Positions 48,460-58,668 of a DNA stretch of 64,000 nt are shown here, one piece after another (position 1 is the stretch's first letter; each line of letters opens with the position of its first letter). The notes below the pieces were generated by a model, which worked only from the letters and a program-made list of their open reading frames with translations, made no database searches and was not told the origin of the DNA. This DNA is from Pseudomonadota bacterium (GTDB lineage: Bacteria; Bdellovibrionota_F; JAHFAK01; JBDREC01). Both the position numbers and the translations under genes were made by a program. The stretch is from assembly GCA_043820105.1 (NCBI GenBank), contig JBDREC010000004.1, positions 69,682-133,681 of the forward strand. Direction: 5' to 3'.

Positions 48460-49174
48460 TAAAATTGAAAGAACACATACTTTTCCTAAGTTTCTTGTTT
48501 CACTGGCTTTAATGATAGTTTCTTGCTTGTATGCCATCTTCCATTATAATGCCAAATATGAAACATTTTATAATTATGATTCTTCTTTGCATTTTTCTGG
48601 TTTTTTAAATGAAACTTATTTTTATTCTGAATGGATGCTAATAGTTGTTTTTATTGGTGCTTTGATGGGTCTATTATCTATCCAGAAACAACAATTAGAT
48701 GGGTCAATATTATTTATTTTGTCAAAACCAATAAGCAGGGCAAGAATACTTTTAGCAAGAGTTTTTGTTTCCTTTTACTTCTTGTTTCTTGTTTATCTAA
48801 TTACAGGCGCCTTTATTCTTGGTATTTCAAAGTATCTTGCTTATTCTTATCCTATTGAGGAACTCGCCTTGCAGCTTGCACGGCTTTTTTCAATTTCTGT
48901 GCTTTTCTGGTCTATCAGTATTTTTTTTGTATGTAATTTTAAAAGGGCATTATTATCTTTTTTAGCTAGTGCTTGCCTTGCTCTTATTTTATTTTTTCTT
49001 AATTTCTACTTTCCCGGCGAAACTTTGCTTACATACCTGCCTTTTCATCATTTAACAAATATAAAAACTGTTGTAACTGGAACATATCCTTTTTTTATAA
49101 TGCTACTTTGGTTTATAGCCTCTATTATTTTTATCTATTTTTCAGTGCTTGCTTTTTATAGAAAAGAATATTAA
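48452..49174 (+). CDS. ABC-2-type permease
   Basis: About 6 TM helices; G.I.FILSKPISR.RILL motif. Confidence 0.85.
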   Translation: MNSKIERTHTFPKFLVSLALMIVSCLYAIFHYNAKYETFYNYDSSLHFSGFLNETYFYSEWMLIVVFIGALMGLLSIQKQQLDGSILFILSKPISRARILLARVFVSFYFLFLVYLITGAFILGISKYLAYSYPIEELALQLARLFSISVLFWSISIFFVCNFKRALLSFLASACLALILFFLNFYFPGETLLTYLPFHHLTNIKTVVTGTYPFFIMLLWFIASIIFIYFSVLAFYRKEY

Positions 49175-51132
49175 TGGCTTTTTTACGTTTTGTGAGAATT
49201 AAAATAAATGTAATTTATTATGGTCTAATTAAAAATAGATTCTTCTTTTATATAAATCTTTTAATTTTATGTATTCTTTTCTTTTTAGCCATTTTTGTAT
49301 TAAGCCAACATGAAGAAAAAGACGCCTATAGTGTTATGAAATCTCAAATATCTGAGATTGGTTTAATTAGAGCAAATACTCATATTGAATTATTTAAAAA
49401 CCCCGTGTTTCAGATTTATACAACACTTGCAATTGTTCCCATAAGTTCTTCTTTAAATACACTATTATTTCTCACAAAAGATCTTAAAATCAATAAAGTT
49501 TTGTTGGATGGAGAAGACGCGAGATTTAAAACAGCTGAGGGTATAACTAAAATAGTTTTTATAAAAAACTTAGATCCAACTAAGGTAAACTCTATTAAAA
49601 TATATTACGAGCTACCTTATGAAAACATAAGACAAATGCTAACTCTTGATGGTTTGCTTTTTCCAACTGGTCAAACCCTCATACCTTTTATTAAGTCAAT
49701 AAATTATAAGAATAAACTTATTGTTTCTGTTCCAAATACCTATAAGGTCGTTTCTAATCTGGATCTTGTAAGTCTTGATGAATTTGAAGGTGAGGGTAAA
49801 TATGTTTTTAATACCAATAAGGAAGCCAGTGAAATATCCTTGCTTTCTTTTCCCTATAAGGAAATCAAATTTTTTAGGCAATTATTTCCCTTAACTTTTA
49901 ACGTTAATAATTTTAGTGATGAAGATATTCATAAGTGGAATATGATTATAATTAATGTTTTAGAATACTTTACTCGAAAATTTCAAAGTAATTTACTAAG
50001 GCATTTAACAGTTTATGAAATACCCAAATATGAAGCTTTTGATCTTGGTGCAGATGTGCTTTGTATAGGTCATGATAATATAGACCCTCTAAATGCAATT
50101 TCGATTTTTAATTTAGTTTCAGATATAACAAGGAAATTTATTGATAAATTTATTGATAAAAAAGACCAGTCCAATGTTTTGTTATCTGAAGTTCTATCTG
50201 GCTTGCTTGCAATCTACTATATCAAGGATCACTTTCCTGCAAATGAAATTAACAAGGTTTTTAATTACCTGAAAAATCTTTATTTTGCCCTTAAAAGTTA
50301 TGATTTATCATTTGATGAAGCCCTTATAAACACTCAAAACCATAATTTAGCCAGAACTAAAGGAACTATCTTTTTTTATATGCTTTCAAAGTCATATAGC
50401 AATGATTTTTGGAGGAAGTACTTTGATTTTTTGTCTGATAAACAATCAATTAACCTATCATCTTTTAAAAAGCTTTTTGATAAGGGTGATTCAGCTTATT
50501 TGGATATATTATTCTGGGAATGGTTAAATAAAAAATCTTGTCCCGAGTTTTCTATTGAATATAATGTTAAGCAGAGAAAAAATGAGAAGAGTTTAGTTTT
50601 TGGTAAACTTTCCCAAAAGGCACCTGCTTATAATTTGAATTTAATAATCTCCTTGGTTTCGACCCAAGAAAAAATTGACAAAGATTATAAATTAACAGGT
50701 GAAGAGCTTAGCTTTGATATAGAATTCAACGGCACATTAAAAGAAATAAGCCTTGATCCTGATAATTTAATTTTAAATGAAGCTGCAAAGATGATAGATC
50801 TTAATGTTTCAGAAAATGCAATAAAGGCCATATTAAAAATATTAGAAAAGGGATTTATTGAAAATATTGAAAATCAAATTAGTTCTTATCTTGGCGACAC
50901 TAGCATAAATAATATCATTAATAATTTTTTTAAAGCAAAAAACGAACAATTTAAATTTGGTAAATTTTTAGTTATACATAGAGAAAATAGTGCAAGCGCG
51001 AATTTAAAAACATTGCATGGTCTCATTCCCTATGGGGCTAAAAATAAGTTTTCTGGTCTTATTTTCATGAACTTTATTTACGACATAAATAAATGGAAAA
51101 TCGTTAATTTTTCAATTAAGAAGATTAATTAA
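49174..51132 (+). CDS. Membrane-anchored M1-aminopeptidase-like protein lacking HEXXH
   Basis: N-terminal TM; VP..YKVVSN; SDITRKF at the HEXXH position; LSEVL; KG..FFYML; WEWL; LDPDN.I. Confidence 0.6.
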   Translation: MAFLRFVRIKINVIYYGLIKNRFFFYINLLILCILFFLAIFVLSQHEEKDAYSVMKSQISEIGLIRANTHIELFKNPVFQIYTTLAIVPISSSLNTLLFLTKDLKINKVLLDGEDARFKTAEGITKIVFIKNLDPTKVNSIKIYYELPYENIRQMLTLDGLLFPTGQTLIPFIKSINYKNKLIVSVPNTYKVVSNLDLVSLDEFEGEGKYVFNTNKEASEISLLSFPYKEIKFFRQLFPLTFNVNNFSDEDIHKWNMIIINVLEYFTRKFQSNLLRHLTVYEIPKYEAFDLGADVLCIGHDNIDPLNAISIFNLVSDITRKFIDKFIDKKDQSNVLLSEVLSGLLAIYYIKDHFPANEINKVFNYLKNLYFALKSYDLSFDEALINTQNHNLARTKGTIFFYMLSKSYSNDFWRKYFDFLSDKQSINLSSFKKLFDKGDSAYLDILFWEWLNKKSCPEFSIEYNVKQRKNEKSLVFGKLSQKAPAYNLNLIISLVSTQEKIDKDYKLTGEELSFDIEFNGTLKEISLDPDNLILNEAAKMIDLNVSENAIKAILKILEKGFIENIENQISSYLGDTSINNIINNFFKAKNEQFKFGKFLVIHRENSASANLKTLHGLIPYGAKNKFSGLIFMNFIYDINKWKIVNFSIKKIN

Positions 51133-51301
51133 TAAAAAAGCATTTTTTTAAATTTAAGCAAAGACAAGAATTAAATATAGAGTACTTACCACTTATTAAA
51201 GATATTTCTTGAAATTTTATTATTATTGTATACAAAAATTGAAATTAAATATATGAATTTAATATAATTTCCCAAAATAATTCTTTGGAGGCTAAATATT
51301 T

Positions 51302-52195
51302 ATGAGAAAAATTCTTTTTACTATTATAATTATTTTTATTATTTTTACTTGTGCATGTGATTTTGGTTCAAAAAAAGATGCAAATTCTATTCAGGATGCC
51401 AAAGTGATTGCTTCTGTAAATAATAAGAAGATAAGTGTTGATGATTATAATAAGAAATTAAAGACTCAGAAAAACCTTAATCCAACTGATTATAATTCCC
51501 TTCAGGCAAAAAAAGAGCTTTTAGAGGAAATGATAGATTTTGAACTTTTATTCCAAGAAGCTATGAGGGAAGGTTTTGATGAAGATATACAGATAAAACA
51601 AACCATGATTAAAACGTTTCTGAAAGAAAAAACAAAAGAAATCACTATGCCAAGTGATGAAGATTTAAACACATATTATCAAAATAATATTGATAATTAC
51701 AAAGAAGTTAGAGCAAGCCATATTTTATGCAGAGTGGATCCTGCAAAATTTATGAATAAAGAAAAAGCAGAACAAGCTGAGCTTGTGAAAAAATTAGACC
51801 TTGAAAAAAAGATGAAATGTGAAAAGCTCTTAAAAAGAATAACTAAGGGTGAAGATTTTGCAAGTTTAGCCAAAGAAAATAGTGAAGATTCATCTGCCTC
51901 CCGTGGTGGTGATCTTGGATATTTTAATAAATCCAGAATGGTAAAGCCCTTTGCGGATGCTGCCTTTTTACTTGAAAAAGCAGGAGATGTAAGCCCCCTT
52001 GTGCAAACAAGCTTTGGTTATCATATCATTTTGCTAACAGACAAAAGGGTGCAGTCTTTTGATATGGTGAAAAAGCAAATAGCAGGTGATCTTGGAAGGA
52101 GAATTAAAGATAAATTCCTCAATGATTATGTTGAAGACTTATACAAAAACGCAGATGTGAAAATTTATAAAGAAAAGTTATCTAATATTAAATAA
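51302..52195 (+). CDS. PpiC/parvulin-type peptidyl-prolyl isomerase (likely lipoprotein)
   Basis: VRASHIL, GEDFASLAKENSED, GGDLGYF and FGYHII motifs. Confidence 0.93.
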   Translation: MRKILFTIIIIFIIFTCACDFGSKKDANSIQDAKVIASVNNKKISVDDYNKKLKTQKNLNPTDYNSLQAKKELLEEMIDFELLFQEAMREGFDEDIQIKQTMIKTFLKEKTKEITMPSDEDLNTYYQNNIDNYKEVRASHILCRVDPAKFMNKEKAEQAELVKKLDLEKKMKCEKLLKRITKGEDFASLAKENSEDSSASRGGDLGYFNKSRMVKPFADAAFLLEKAGDVSPLVQTSFGYHIILLTDKRVQSFDMVKKQIAGDLGRRIKDKFLNDYVEDLYKNADVKIYKEKLSNIK

Positions 52196-52219
52196 ATTGC
52201 TTAAGTAGGATGCTAAACA

Positions 52220-53089
52220 ATGAGAAAAGCTATTACTATTATATTTTATAATTCATTATTCTTAAATTTAATACTTTTAGTATTTGTTACTTGCGAAGGC
52301 AAATTAGCAAAAGATGCAATTGCTACTATTTCTTCAAAAGAAATTACCAGCGAATATTTAATGAAAAATTACAGCGATCTTTTATTAAACGAAGACAAAG
52401 AAGATAAAAATACGAATAAGCTACCAAATCTAAATATTAATCAATTTGAAGAGCTTTTGAAATTTGAACTTCTTTATAAAGAAGCCTTAAAATCAGGTAT
52501 TCAAAATCATGATGAGGTTAAAAGAGCCATTGTGCATAGTTATTTAAGAAAGCATTTTTCAATTGAGCAAGGCAGAGACCTTGAATCTTTAAAAAAATAT
52601 TACGAAGAACATAAAAATGAATATTATACGAGGTCTGCTCAGCATATTCTTATAGGCTTTGAAGACTCTAAACATGACATTTCAAAAGAAGAAAAGCTTA
52701 AGCTTGCCCAAAGCCTTTTAAAAAGAGTTTTATCAGGTGAAGATTTTGCAGCTTTAGCAAAAGAATACTCAGATGATGCAGGAACTGCTGAAAATAGGGG
52801 CGACCTTGGGAACTTTCCAGAAAATTATATGGTTAAAGAATTTAACGACGCTGTTTTCAATGCAAAAAAAACAGGTATCATTAATAAGGTTATTGAAAGC
52901 TCTTATGGTTATCATGTTATTTATTATTCTGGTGATGCCGGTGCCTGGGATGATGTTAAAAATGAACTTTTTTATCTTATTTCAAGAAAAGAAAAGTCAG
53001 GTGCCTACACTGAGCTATTAAAAAAATTAAAGGAAGGGTCTAAAATTGAAGCTGATTATAGATTTCTTGAAAATATCGATACTGAATAG
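52220..53089 (+). CDS. PpiC/parvulin-type peptidyl-prolyl isomerase
   Basis: SAQHIL, GEDFAALAKEYSDD, GDLG and YGYHVI motifs. Confidence 0.92.
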   Translation: MRKAITIIFYNSLFLNLILLVFVTCEGKLAKDAIATISSKEITSEYLMKNYSDLLLNEDKEDKNTNKLPNLNINQFEELLKFELLYKEALKSGIQNHDEVKRAIVHSYLRKHFSIEQGRDLESLKKYYEEHKNEYYTRSAQHILIGFEDSKHDISKEEKLKLAQSLLKRVLSGEDFAALAKEYSDDAGTAENRGDLGNFPENYMVKEFNDAVFNAKKTGIINKVIESSYGYHVIYYSGDAGAWDDVKNELFYLISRKEKSGAYTELLKKLKEGSKIEADYRFLENIDTE

Positions 53090-54038
53090 TTTTTTATTGT
53101 CTATTGCTTTTTCTCCTTTAGCTAAAGCTGAAACCAGTACTGCCAATTCCATTTACGCAATTGTAAACAGTCATTTGATTTCAAAAGTTGACGTTGATTC
53201 TGAACTTAATATTTTATTGAAAAAGGATTCATCGTTTATAGAAAAAGTAAATACAGATGAAGGCAAATCCAAATGGATTAAAACAATAATAAATAGAATA
53301 GCAGATGATTTAATTGTTTCTGATGAAGCAAAAAAGATTGGTCTTGATGCTTCTGATAAGGATATTGACTATACGATTAATAACATTATGAAAAGCAACA
53401 ATATTTCCAAAGATCAATTAGTTGTATTTTTAGGTCAAGAAGGCAAATCATATGAAAAATATCGACGAGAAATTAAACTGCAGGTTGAAAAATATAAGCT
53501 TACAAATAAAATAATAAGACCAAAAGTTTCAATTACAGATATTGATCTCGAAGATTATTACAAAAAGAACTATCTCAATGAAAATAAACGCCAGCTCGTT
53601 AAGTTTCAATCAATTTTCATTTCCAAAAAAGAAAGAGATGCTAGCGAGATAAAAAAAAGAATCGAAACCATTAAAAAAGCAGTTAAACAAAGTGATGTAA
53701 ATGATTTTGAAAAACTTGTTCTTAAGTTTAGTGATTCAGATAATGTTGCAAGTACAAAGGGAATATTAAAGGGTATAAAGCTTGATGAATTAGCCCCTTC
53801 CTTTAAGGACGCATTTCAAAAAATGAATATAGGAGAACTAAGTGGCTTAATAGAAGCAAAAAACGGGTATTATTTTGCAAAACTCTTAGATATTTATTCA
53901 GAAGCCACAGAACCATTTGAAGAAGTTAAAGAAACAATTAGTAATGTTTTGATGCAGGAGCGAATGGAAAAACGCTTTAATATGTGGTTACAAGAGGTTA
54001 GGGCTAAGTCACACATTGATATAAGATATGGAAGTTAA
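53046..54038 (+). CDS. surA: SurA-like periplasmic chaperone/PPIase (start uncertain)
   Basis: AIVNS.LIS; SurA-N helices; parvulin remnant; WLQEVRAKSHIDIR ending. Confidence 0.75.
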   Translation: MKLIIDFLKISILNSFLLSIAFSPLAKAETSTANSIYAIVNSHLISKVDVDSELNILLKKDSSFIEKVNTDEGKSKWIKTIINRIADDLIVSDEAKKIGLDASDKDIDYTINNIMKSNNISKDQLVVFLGQEGKSYEKYRREIKLQVEKYKLTNKIIRPKVSITDIDLEDYYKKNYLNENKRQLVKFQSIFISKKERDASEIKKRIETIKKAVKQSDVNDFEKLVLKFSDSDNVASTKGILKGIKLDELAPSFKDAFQKMNIGELSGLIEAKNGYYFAKLLDIYSEATEPFEEVKETISNVLMQERMEKRFNMWLQEVRAKSHIDIRYGS

Positions 54039-54122
54039 ATTCTTGATAAATTGTTCTTTACATACGATATTGTTTATTATTAAACATTAGTTTTTTAGAA
54101 TATTAAATTTTATTGTAGTTTT

Positions 54123-54803
54123 ATGATAGATAAAGACGATAATAAAAATATTAGTTCAAAGAATTTACTAAAACTTACTGAAGGGATTCGGCAAGATCTT
54201 GAGAGAAAACTGGATAATCAAGATATTTACATTCCAATAGATGTAAAACCCCAAAGCGAAACTTTAGGTCAAATTCGAAAAGAACTTATAAACTGTGAAA
54301 GGTGCAAGCTTTGCCACAATAGAAAGCATGTTGTTTTTGGTGTTGGATCAGAGACTGCTGACCTTGTTTTTGTTGGTGAGGGCCCAGGCCATGATGAGGA
54401 TATACAAGGACTTCCTTTTGTTGGTAAAGCAGGACAGCTTTTGACAAAAATTATTAATGCGATGAATTTTACGCTCAACGAAGTTTATATTACAAACATT
54501 GTAAAATGTAGACCCCCTCAAAACAGAAACCCACAACCTGATGAAATTGCCATGTGTGAACCATTTTTATTGAGGCAGCTTGAAGTGCTTAAACCCAAGG
54601 TAATTTGCACTCTTGGGAAATTTGCGGCTCAAACGCTTTTAAAATCAGAGTTTACAATTTCTCAGCTTAGAGGGAAATTTTATGATTATAATAGTATTAA
54701 ATTGATGCCAACATATCACCCTGCCTTTTTGCTTAGAAATCCAGGCATGAAAAGGCCGGTTTGGGAAGATGTTCAAAAAATCCAGAAAGAATTGGAGAGA
54801 TAA
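54123..54803 (+). CDS. udg: Family-4 uracil-DNA glycosylase (Fe-S)
   Basis: CERCKLC, GEGPG..ED..G.PFVG.AG, KCRPP.NR.P and YHPA motifs. Confidence 0.95.
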   Translation: MIDKDDNKNISSKNLLKLTEGIRQDLERKLDNQDIYIPIDVKPQSETLGQIRKELINCERCKLCHNRKHVVFGVGSETADLVFVGEGPGHDEDIQGLPFVGKAGQLLTKIINAMNFTLNEVYITNIVKCRPPQNRNPQPDEIAMCEPFLLRQLEVLKPKVICTLGKFAAQTLLKSEFTISQLRGKFYDYNSIKLMPTYHPAFLLRNPGMKRPVWEDVQKIQKELER

Positions 54804-54804
54804 T

Positions 54805-55911
54805 ATGTTTAGTAAAAAAAAGAAGGATAAAAAAGAAAAAGATGATCTTCCAAAGATTACCTTTATTTCTTTGCTTTTAAAGTCCTTTTTCTTTGTGCTT
54901 TTAATAGGTGCTTTGGCTTTGGCAGTCTTGGGAATGCAGAAAGTAGCTGTAACTGAGGTTGGAGTTAAAATAAATAGGATTGAAATTCCTTATTTAATGG
55001 AGAGTGGAATTCAGCCAAAAGTTTATCATCCAGGCTATGTTTTTTCAATTCCCTTTATTCAAAAAGTTGATGTAATTGATGCAAAGATCAAGTCCTATGA
55101 TATGTCCAAGACTTTTTCAGGAAATAAATTAGATGGAGATAAAGCTCTGGAAATCAGAACTTTTGATGAAAGTACTGTGTTTGTTGATATTACTATTTTA
55201 TACCAAATAGACAGAAACAAAGCATATATTTTTTGGGGCAATGTTGCTAAAACTTCAGGCAGTGAGAGTTCTTACTACAGCGAAGTTATTAAAACATTAA
55301 ATAATGAAATCCGTGATCAAATGCTTTTTTCTTTAGGAGTACTGGGAAGAGACGACTTTTACTCTAAAAGTCAGGGCCGCGAAGACCTTGCTATGAAAGC
55401 AAAAGAAGTAATAAATAGGAAATTTGATAAAGACAATTTAGGAATTATAATTGTTGATATTTTTCTTCGGGATTTTTCTTATTCTGCAGATTATGAAGCA
55501 AAAATTCTAGATAAATCATTAACTGAGCAATTTGCCTTAGTAGAAAAATCAAAAGTAAAAGTTGAAGAAGTCCGAAAAGTATTAAATGCTGACATACTTT
55601 CAGCTGGAGAAGCACAAATTAGGATTATACAAGAAGAAGGTTTTGCAGCTGAAAGGCAAATCATGGCTGATGGTGATTTGTATTTAACTTCCAAAAAAGC
55701 AGAGGGTGATTTAGCTATAAAAATAGCAACTGCAGAAGGAAAGCTAGCTCTAGCGCAAGCTTTTAAAGGAGAGGGCGGAAATATCTCAGTTGCAATTGAG
55801 ATGGCAAAGAGATTAAAAGAACTTGATACAATCATTCTTCAATCTGGCGGAAAAGATGGTTTGAATCCACTTAATGTCGAAGATATGACCAAAATGTTTG
55901 GAGTAAAGTGA
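54805..55911 (+). CDS. SPFH/band-7 domain membrane protein (HflK/C-like)
   Basis: TM helix, EVGV, SPFH core, A/E-rich coiled coil; start moved to ATG 54805. Confidence 0.8.
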   Translation: MFSKKKKDKKEKDDLPKITFISLLLKSFFFVLLIGALALAVLGMQKVAVTEVGVKINRIEIPYLMESGIQPKVYHPGYVFSIPFIQKVDVIDAKIKSYDMSKTFSGNKLDGDKALEIRTFDESTVFVDITILYQIDRNKAYIFWGNVAKTSGSESSYYSEVIKTLNNEIRDQMLFSLGVLGRDDFYSKSQGREDLAMKAKEVINRKFDKDNLGIIIVDIFLRDFSYSADYEAKILDKSLTEQFALVEKSKVKVEEVRKVLNADILSAGEAQIRIIQEEGFAAERQIMADGDLYLTSKKAEGDLAIKIATAEGKLALAQAFKGEGGNISVAIEMAKRLKELDTIILQSGGKDGLNPLNVEDMTKMFGVK

Positions 55912-55982
55912 ATAAGTGGTAAGTGGTAAGTGGTAAGTGGTAAGTAATATTCTTACGATTTGCGATATATGACTTACGACTA
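55911..55982 (+). repeat. Two-arm inverted heptamer array (TAAGTGG) x4.7 / (CTTACGA) x4.4
   Basis: 55913-55945 and 55952-55982 pair as a long hairpin. Confidence 0.92.
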
Positions 55983-56006
55983 AGTTTATATAAAAAGGAT
56001 TTAAAT

Positions 56007-57146
56007 ATGCGTAAGTGTTTTTTATTGTTTATATTATTAACATCAACTTTTAGTCTTCTTGGTTGCTGGGATCAGATGGGGACAAATGAGGTTGGGGTTG
56101 TTACAAACAATCTGCCTGCTCCAATAAGATGGACAAAGCCATGGAAATTGGCCTATGGAGTTGCAAATGATACTATCAGCAGAGGGCAGTTTGTTATTTA
56201 TATTCCTGGCATTCAACAAATAGACAAATTTGATGTTTCAATTAAAACTATGGATATTGGTACTGAAATTAAAATTTCAGAAACTGACTCAATAAAGGGA
56301 ATGCGCCTTAAAACAAAAGAAGGTAACAATATATTTATTTCCGTTTCTGTTAGATATCAGCTTGTAAAAGAAAAGCTTCCAGAGATTATCAGGAATTTTG
56401 GTTATGATCATGATATTGAAAACAAGCTTATTTTCCCAACAGTAAGAAGTATTGTTAGGACTCAAATGGGTAAACTTACTACATCTCAATTTGCTATTCC
56501 AGATATGAGGAAAAAACACGCTGAAATTACAACCAGGCTTTTAAATGAAAGATTAAACTATCTTGGTGTTACTATACAAAAGGTTAATATTCCAAAACCC
56601 AAATACAATGCACGATATGAAGCAAAAATTAATGAAAAAGAATATAATAATCAAGAAGCTGAAAAAATACTTTCACAACAACAAGCAGCTAAGTTAGAAA
56701 TTGAAAGAAGAATAGTTGAAACTGAATCTACAAAGCAATCACGAATTGAAAAAGCTAAGGGTTATTTTGGATCTCAAAAAGCAAAGGCAGATTCAGTTCT
56801 TTATCAAAAACAAAAAGAAGCAGAAGGTATAAGAAAAACAATGTTAGCAGAAGCTGAAGGTTGGCGTCAAATTAACAATAATCTTAGAGGTTCGGGCGGA
56901 AAGAATCTTATAGCAAAAGAAATCGCCAATTCCTTGATTAATAAAAGAATTGTCTTAGTTCCGACTGGCTCAAGTCAAGACTTATCAATGACCAATATTA
57001 ATGATCTTTTGAAAAATTTAATGCTTAGAAAAGAATTTGCTGAGGTTCAAGAAAAGAAAGAAGAAAAAAAGACAGAAGAAAAAGCTAAACAAATAGAGGA
57101 AAAACAAGAAGAAGTTATTGTTGATGAAACTTATAAAAAAGACTAA
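56007..57146 (+). CDS. SPFH/band-7 domain protein, second subunit
   Basis: LLGC lipobox-like; EVGV; LKTKEG.NI; coiled coil. Confidence 0.8.
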   Translation: MRKCFLLFILLTSTFSLLGCWDQMGTNEVGVVTNNLPAPIRWTKPWKLAYGVANDTISRGQFVIYIPGIQQIDKFDVSIKTMDIGTEIKISETDSIKGMRLKTKEGNNIFISVSVRYQLVKEKLPEIIRNFGYDHDIENKLIFPTVRSIVRTQMGKLTTSQFAIPDMRKKHAEITTRLLNERLNYLGVTIQKVNIPKPKYNARYEAKINEKEYNNQEAEKILSQQQAAKLEIERRIVETESTKQSRIEKAKGYFGSQKAKADSVLYQKQKEAEGIRKTMLAEAEGWRQINNNLRGSGGKNLIAKEIANSLINKRIVLVPTGSSQDLSMTNINDLLKNLMLRKEFAEVQEKKEEKKTEEKAKQIEEKQEEVIVDETYKKD

Positions 57147-57155
57147 GCTTAAATT

Positions 57156-57677
57156 CTAGCAGCCACTTCCCTGTTCTTCATTTGGATTGCAAACCAATTC
57201 ACCATTTTTATATGCATCATATGTTAATTGATTTACTCGAATTTCCTGTGTGCATTCTGTAACTTCATCATCATCATTTAAATCATAATATACCATTGCA
57301 TTAATTCCCTTTGTTAAGTTAACTCCAGAAGCTTCTTCAGCAGAAATAGCACTAAAGATATCTTGATCAATTGCAAAACTAATTGCTTTAAAGTCAGGAT
57401 CATTGGCTATTGCCAGTTGAGATCCTTCAATTTTTTTGGCATTCAGTTTGCTTGGATCTTTTGGATCAACAGATAAGGGACCAGCTTCCTTAAATCTTAG
57501 GTTTGTTATGTAATAATCAATTTCACTTGTTGCAATCCCATTTATTAGGAGATGAATTTCGGATTTTTTTGATCTTGTTATGACTCCACTAACATGAGGA
57601 ATGGCAAAAGAAGAGATTATTCCAATAATAGCTACAACTACCATTAGTTCTGCTAATGTAAATCCCCTTCGCCCCAT
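57156..57677 (-). CDS. Type IV pilin
   Basis: GGAGG RBS; prepilin site RRG/FTLAELMVVVAIIGII; C-terminal cysteines. Confidence 0.92.
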   Translation of the reverse strand: MGRRGFTLAELMVVVAIIGIISSFAIPHVSGVITRSKKSEIHLLINGIATSEIDYYITNLRFKEAGPLSVDPKDPSKLNAKKIEGSQLAIANDPDFKAISFAIDQDIFSAISAEEASGVNLTKGINAMVYYDLNDDDEVTECTQEIRVNQLTYDAYKNGELVCNPNEEQGSGC

Positions 57678-57725
57678 GTTGCCTCCCCTAAAATGCTCGG
57701 GAAATTTTACAAAAATCCCAATATT

Positions 57726-57768
57726 ATTTTAACATGGGAAAAAGTGCTTGTCTGTGACCTAGATCACA
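57726..57768 (-). promoter_or_regulatory. Class II CRP/FNR-type activated promoter of the pilin
   Basis: TGTGA-CCTAGA-TCACA (57753-57768); extended -10 TGTTAAAAT (57726-57734). Confidence 0.7.
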
Positions 57769-57826
57769 CTTTCCGATAAACATTTTTAACAAGCAAAAAG
57801 TGCAATAAAAACAGACGCCTATCGTT

Positions 57827-58444
57827 TTATTCTGACTCTTCTTTTACTGCAGTTAAGACTTTTCCTAAAGAAACCTTAATAGCATAATTAATTATTCCAG
57901 GTGACAAGTCAGTTATTGGATCAGCTGAAACAGTATAAACTAAAACGCACCTTCGAATATTATGTGGATCGGGTATAAGCTCCCAATATCCTGACATTTT
58001 TCGAATATTTTCTCCTGTTCCAGGAACCATGTCCCATTCAATGAAGAATTCTTCTGGATAGTGAAATAACTCAATGTCATAGGCAATAAAGTAAATTGGA
58101 GCTGGAACTTCTAATTCACCATGCATTAACGCCGTATATTCATCTATCCAACCAATTAAATGAGATGCATCTGTCATATATGGCATGATTTTATTAAAAT
58201 TAGCATAATCAGTTATTGCTTTCCATATTCTTTTAGGATTTGCATTTACTATTCCAATAATTTGTCCTGTTTTGATATTGCTTCCCTGTACTTCATAAAG
58301 TCTTTTTATGGTTTTTCCTGATTCCATGACCTTGTCAATGTCAGCATTTGTTGCCATGGGAAGATTAAGCGAAAGTGAAAATAAAGAAAATGTGCCTAAA
58401 TAAAAAAGAGTGAAAAATAGAAAAAAAGATTTGTTTCTTATCAT
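57827..58444 (-). CDS. Secreted SRPBCC/START-domain protein
   Basis: GGAGG RBS; signal peptide; IWKAITDY.NF.KIMP; G.W.L.P; upstream TTGACT-N17-TAATAT (58478-58506). Confidence 0.82.
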   Translation of the reverse strand: MIRNKSFFLFFTLFYLGTFSLFSLSLNLPMATNADIDKVMESGKTIKRLYEVQGSNIKTGQIIGIVNANPKRIWKAITDYANFNKIMPYMTDASHLIGWIDEYTALMHGELEVPAPIYFIAYDIELFHYPEEFFIEWDMVPGTGENIRKMSGYWELIPDPHNIRRCVLVYTVSADPITDLSPGIINYAIKVSLGKVLTAVKEESE

Positions 58445-58558
58445 TATGAATCCCCTCCAAAAGTATTTTGAATTTGAATATTATTTAGAGAGAATGCTTA
58501 AGTCAAACCTTTTTATTTATCCGATATTGCTAAAAGTTTTTGCTCTGTCATTTTTTCC

Positions 58559-58603
58559 CTAATCTTAATCAAAATCGTAATCCCAAATTCCTAATCTAAT
58601 TCC
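58559..58603 (+). repeat. Degenerate NNAATC hexamer array
   Basis: ctaatc ttaatc aaaatc gtaatc ... ctaatc. Confidence 0.6.
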
Positions 58604-58668
58604 AGTAAATTTTCCAGCTAAATATTTATCCTTGCAATGTAAATAATCTTTTGCTAAATGCCAAAACA

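Noticed and set aside
51302..54038. Three tandem PPIases as a novel system
   Set aside because: Clusters of parvulin/SurA genes are ordinary in delta-proteobacteria-like genomes.
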